Source: Batkoa obscura (Eukaryota). Taken from it: a stretch of DNA of 28,377 nt. The stretch covers positions 868,001-896,377 of the forward strand of contig JASVEC010000021.1 of NCBI GenBank assembly GCA_030770535.1. Reading direction: 5' to 3'. Below are positions 23,969 through 28,377 of this stretch, piece by piece. A program made the translations under genes and the position numbers. Numbering within the stretch: the first letter of the stretch is position 1; each line of letters begins with the position of its first letter. The notes under the pieces were generated by a model that saw only the letters and a list, made by a program, of their open reading frames with translations, had not been told where the DNA came from and did no database searches.

Positions 23969-24390
23969 GTAACTTTAAATTTTAAACAAAATATAGAGAT
24001 AGAAATAGTACTAGATTTAGTAAATTTAACCCATTATAATAAATAAGCTATATTAGTATTAAATTTTGTTCTATATTCAAAAAATAACAAAATAATAAAC
24101 TTTATTTATTTTAGTCATTTCTTTAAAACATTAAGTTATAATTTAACATCTGTAAAAAATTGCTTAATTAATTTAGTATCTAAAGAATTTTTATTTAAAA
24201 AGTTTATAAAAATTAATATATAGGCAAATACAGGAAACTATTTTAAATCTCGAAAGTTTTTACATTATACATTTAAAAAAACTATAAAACAAATGACAGT
24301 TTAAATATTGATCCTAATTTTTTTATTAAACATTTTAAAAATCTTTTACAATAAAAAAATAGCTTTAAAGCATCAAATAAAATAACAAAT

Positions 24391-26807
24391 GGGGTTGTCT
24401 GAATTAGTTTCATTATTTTATCCAATTTTTGAAAAATTTTGTATTTTAAAAACTTCGCTTAAAATTCTATAAAATCACATCTTTTATTAAAACAAAAGTA
24501 CCCAAACACAGTTCTAAATCATTCTATTATAGCTCATACTGTAAGTTAGTTGAATTTCTACTAGATCTTAAATACATGTTCTTATAAAGCTTAATTGAGA
24601 AATATTTATTATCAACTGCTTTATAACCAACATTGTAGATTTATTATCAAATAAATAAACTATTTTAATGTTATAATTACATTATTAATATATTGCCAAG
24701 TTAATAAATAGCTGCATGGGAGGGAATGGTCAGCCCCAAAACTATAATTAACCATCCCTAGATAGTACAAGTAATAATAGTTTTTACATATTATTACAGT
24801 TACTTGTTCTTTGACTATTTATTAACTTAGCTATTAATAACTTAAGTAATCCTAACATTTAACAATCTATTTCTATCATTCAACAAACTACTTACTTGCT
24901 TAGTAAATATCGAAATTTTTAAATTCTCTGTTATCTTTGTAAGGTAAGCTGGGATCGATCTTTTAATTTTTCTGTTTTCTATAGACTCTATAACTTTAAT
25001 TGGGACTATATCGCTTTTTTTTGATGTATCAGATACTGGATAACAATGTAGTTTATTGTTATGTTTAATAAAGTGTAAATACTTCTTAATGCCTTGCATC
25101 TCTATTATTCTTTTTGTATTTTTGTTTCTTTTATACTTTTTAAAAATTATATCTGTTTTCCCATTATTAACAGTCGAGTTATTAATTTTATTATGCTCGC
25201 AAATAAAAGCCTCAAATCTTGAAATTAATTGATCGATATCTTCTATTTTACCTAACACTTCAAAACTACTTTTCCATTTTGAAAGGTTTCCAAAATGTCC
25301 ATCAACTATACTTTTTCCATGATGCTCAGCAAAAAAATTAAGATTGACATTCAAACTACTATTTATTTTATGAATTTCTTTAAACATATAGTGTAGAAAC
25401 TCTTGGAATCTAAAATGATTTCCTGTATCTGCCCATATATTAATTTTTGTAAACTTTTTAAATAGAAGCTCTGTAGAGATTAAATCGATTAAACAATCTC
25501 CTGCATATGCTGAATCATGATTCAATATTTCAGATAAATAATCAAAGTAAACTTTGGCTATTGTTTTATCATCTTTTAAATATAATACACCAAAACCTAA
25601 TACTGATATAGCTTGTTTATTATAATGATCTAGATTTATTGAATCTGGTCTTGTCCCTATTTCCATATTTTGTTTAAAATCTAAAACTATTATACAACTT
25701 TTGTTATTTAATTTTTTGATAGTTTCATTAAATGTGTTTTTTTGAGTATCAACACAGAATTTATGTAATTTGTATAATTTTTCTTCTTCGTTGAAAATTT
25801 CTTTTATCTCTGCTTTGTTTTTTGCTGTATTTATTTTATTTTCAAATAACTTTTTTCTAACTGTATACTGGGTACATATATTACATAGATCCGTTTTTCT
25901 TGCTGGATTTTTGAAATTAGTTGGTATATATTTAAAGAACGTTGACCTAGCTACTGCTTTATCTCTTAGATCATTCTTCTACTTTTATTTAATATATATA
26001 TATTATCTGATGAATATTTACTATCGTTATTTTTTTTATTAAATCTTGATGAAATAGTTGAATCATTTAGTAAATATTGTATGATAGTTTCAATTTGGTC
26101 ATCTTTAATTTTTTTTGTATTTTTAATAATAGGTTTTAATGTTGATATTTTATTATTATTACTTGTTTTTGAATAATCATATTGATTTCTATTTATATTA
26201 AACCCAAAACTCTTACATTCATCAAAAGAATATACTGAAGCTATAGTTGATAATAACGCTACTTGCTGGTTTTTGTTTCCTGTTTCCCTTAAAGCACTAA
26301 TTTTATACATTACTTGATTAAGTTTATTATTATCGATAGTAAACTTTGATAATATATCTTTTCTTTGTTTTGTTTTATTATAAAATTCCATAAACCTTGG
26401 GTTGTTATAAGTAGCTCTTAAAATTGATGTAAATGAATTACAATGTTTATATTGTGTACTCCTCCCTATTGTATTGAAGTTTTCAAAAATTCCATTTCGA
26501 AGTTTAGTTATGAAAGTTTGCATTTTATTTTTATTTCAACAAAAAATAAAGTCAAATAACTGTATTTATATAATTATATAATCATATAGTTATATATTAT
26601 ATATCTGTTAAATATCTAACAGAACTAACATAAAATATATAGTTAGGAAAATTAGCTATTCAAGAAAAGGAAACAATTAAAATAAGTTTTAAATAGAGAC
26701 ATTTAATTTTAGGCTTTTTAGATTTAACCGTTATATTGAACACAAACTTGGAATTTTAAATTTGGATTAATTTCTAAGTAGATTCTGAAACCAATTAGGA
26801 CAGCCCC
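24391..26807 (-). mobile_element. DNA transposon, Sola (Sola2-like) type, 2417 bp, both ends present
   Basis: The left TIR GGGGTTGTCTGAATTAGTTTCA (24391-24412) matches the reverse complement of the right TIR, GGGGCTGTCCTAATTGGTTTCA (26786-26807), at 18/22 positions. Direct repeat AAAT sits at 24387-24390 and 26808-26811. A transposase-like reading frame lies between the TIRs. Confidence 0.85.
24842..26523 (-). pseudogene. Frameshifted DDD transposase (Sola2-like), ~560 aa when rejoined
   Basis: Frame 1 (26523-25966) ends YILNKSRRMI*. Frame 2 is open from 25978 to 24842 and reads RDKAVARSTFFKYIPTNFKNPARKTDLCNIC..LHKFCVDTQKNTF..CIIVLDFKQN..LNHDS..IWADTGNHFR..NFFAEHHGKSIVDGHFG. These resemble the DF(S/A)EN, SDG..QF and HGK..DG motifs I associate with Sola2 transposases. 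Confidence 0.75.
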
Positions 26808-26888
26808 AAATGTTAATCAATTAATTTTAAAGGTTGAGATTTTTATTTTTAATGCAAAATATCAATTTGTCAGCCCCATAGCTAACTA

Positions 26889-27331
26889 TAGCATAGTAGT
26901 CACCTAAGCTGTTGTGTTCTCATATTAAACCAAAATAAGAGCGTGGGATTGATTGTCTCTGAACTTGAGAACACAACAAGTTAAATAGTTATTATGCTAC
27001 GATCAACCATGGAGCTGGCAAAGCAATATTTTACAAAATACAAGGTATCAAAAAGTATTTACATTCTATTAAACATAATAATAGACTGTATTAATATCCA
27101 ATATCTGATAAATAAATAAAAACGATATAATTTTGATTAAAGTTATAAAGTTTATAAAAAATATAAACCAAAAGATTAACCCCAGCTGTGAAATATTGCT
27201 TTATCAGCTCTAGGATTAGTCATAGCATGCTAATCATTTAACTTGTTTATAAAACTAGTTACAGTTTTGTAATCAACTTGGCTATGATTTACATGTGGGA
27301 CAATCAATTCAGAGATCCTTATTTTGATTTA
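26889..27331. repeat. Nested inverted-repeat (fold-back) element
   Basis: 61-bp ungapped arms 26975-27035 and 27187-27247 (48/61 identical). A 34-bp pair 26889-26922 and 26966-26999 has a perfect 13-bp core, TGTTGTGTTCTCA. An outer imperfect pair lies at ~26926-26959 and 27297-27331. Confidence 0.75.
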
Positions 27332-27434
27332 TTATAAGGGTTTTTATCATCTAATTAAAAGGCGTTATCTCCTCTTTTGATATCTATAATTAGTGGCTTA
27401 TAGTAAGGAATAACTACTATCGTGTACTTTATAT

Positions 27435-27533
27435 GGGGGTATTTTTTTTGGCTTCATTATTTTTTCCATCTTTTAAGCACTATTTAAGCGGAAAAATTAT
27501 TAGCAAAATTCTTAAATATAAAGATAGATACCC
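27435..27533 (-). mobile_element. MITE family copy E (99 bp, opposite orientation)
   Basis: Reverse complement of copies B-D (TTTTTTCCATCTTTTAAGCACTATTTAAGCGGAAAAATTATTAGCAAAATT). Ends GGGGGTAT..ATACCC, with ATAT on both sides (27431-27434, 27534-27537). Confidence 0.88.
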
Positions 27534-28377
27534 ATATATAGTTTTCGAATTGAAGTGCAAAGGGGACTCTTCAGCATGATAATCTCAGGCTTTTTGATTG
27601 AACTATTCCCTGGTATTGTACTTTTAATAAAGCCATTAGATCTTTTCGATAATACTTTATATAGATTTTATAATAGCATCATCTATTCTATTTATCTTAC
27701 ATAATCCGTAGCCTATTAAATGTTATTCTTCATAATTCAAGTCTATCTTAGTTACATAAACTAAGACCTCTCGACTTACGACTAGTTAATCAAGCAAAAA
27801 CTGCTTTTAACTCTAACTACTGTACATTAACTTTCACACAGTTTACCTTATAAAAACAACAGAAAATTTAAAAGTTCAATGTTTGGTAAAGCAAGTGTCC
27901 TATTAAATAATAGAAACTAATCATTAAACATTAATATTATTTAAACTATAAATAACTAAGTTAATAAATAGTTGAAAAGTAAGTAGTCATAATAAGTAAA
28001 GACTATCATTGTATTGCTTGTATTATATAAAGATGGCTAATCATAGCTTTGGGACTAATCACTTCTTACTATCCAGTTATTTATTAACTTAGTAATATAT
28101 TAATAATGTAATTGTGATATTAAAATAAACTATTTAATCATTTAATAGCAAATATGTAATATTGGTTATAAAGCAGTCAACAATAAATATTTCTGAATGG
28201 AGTTTCATAAAAATATTTATTTATATACTACAACTTTGATTAATATCAATATGTAGGTTATATTAGTAAAAACCTTGCTAATCTGAGAATTCTTATTAAA
28301 TTTAATAGAAATTCAGCTAACTTACAGTATAAATTATAATAAAATAGTTTAAAACCATGTTGAGTATGTTTGCTTAA

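Noticed and set aside
25770..26042. 90-aa + strand ORF
   Set aside because: Antisense to the transposase, low complexity.

Overview
AT-rich eukaryotic DNA with short (47-59 nt) GT-AG introns, most likely from an early-diverging, non-Dikarya fungus (inferred from protein similarity, intron size and a full-length dynein C-terminus). The left 20 kb holds three minus-strand genes: a 3-exon GID8/TWA1-like CTLH subunit (170-991), a single-exon membrane-anchored bZIP factor with ATF6-like architecture (1810-3582), and a 2-exon cytoplasmic dynein heavy chain of 4659 aa (6252-20290). The right 8 kb is accessory DNA. It contains a fully delimited 2417-bp cut-and-paste transposon (24391-26807; 22-bp TIRs, AAAT target-site duplication) with a frameshifted Sola2-like DDD transposase, a nested fold-back repeat, and a possible decayed gene. 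Five copies of a ~99-bp MITE share the transposon's GRG..CYC termini, and four of them have intact 4-bp TSDs. The two best leads are the Sola-type transposon plus MITE family and the ATF6-like factor in a probable fungus. All homology calls come from motif recognition by eye; no searches were run.
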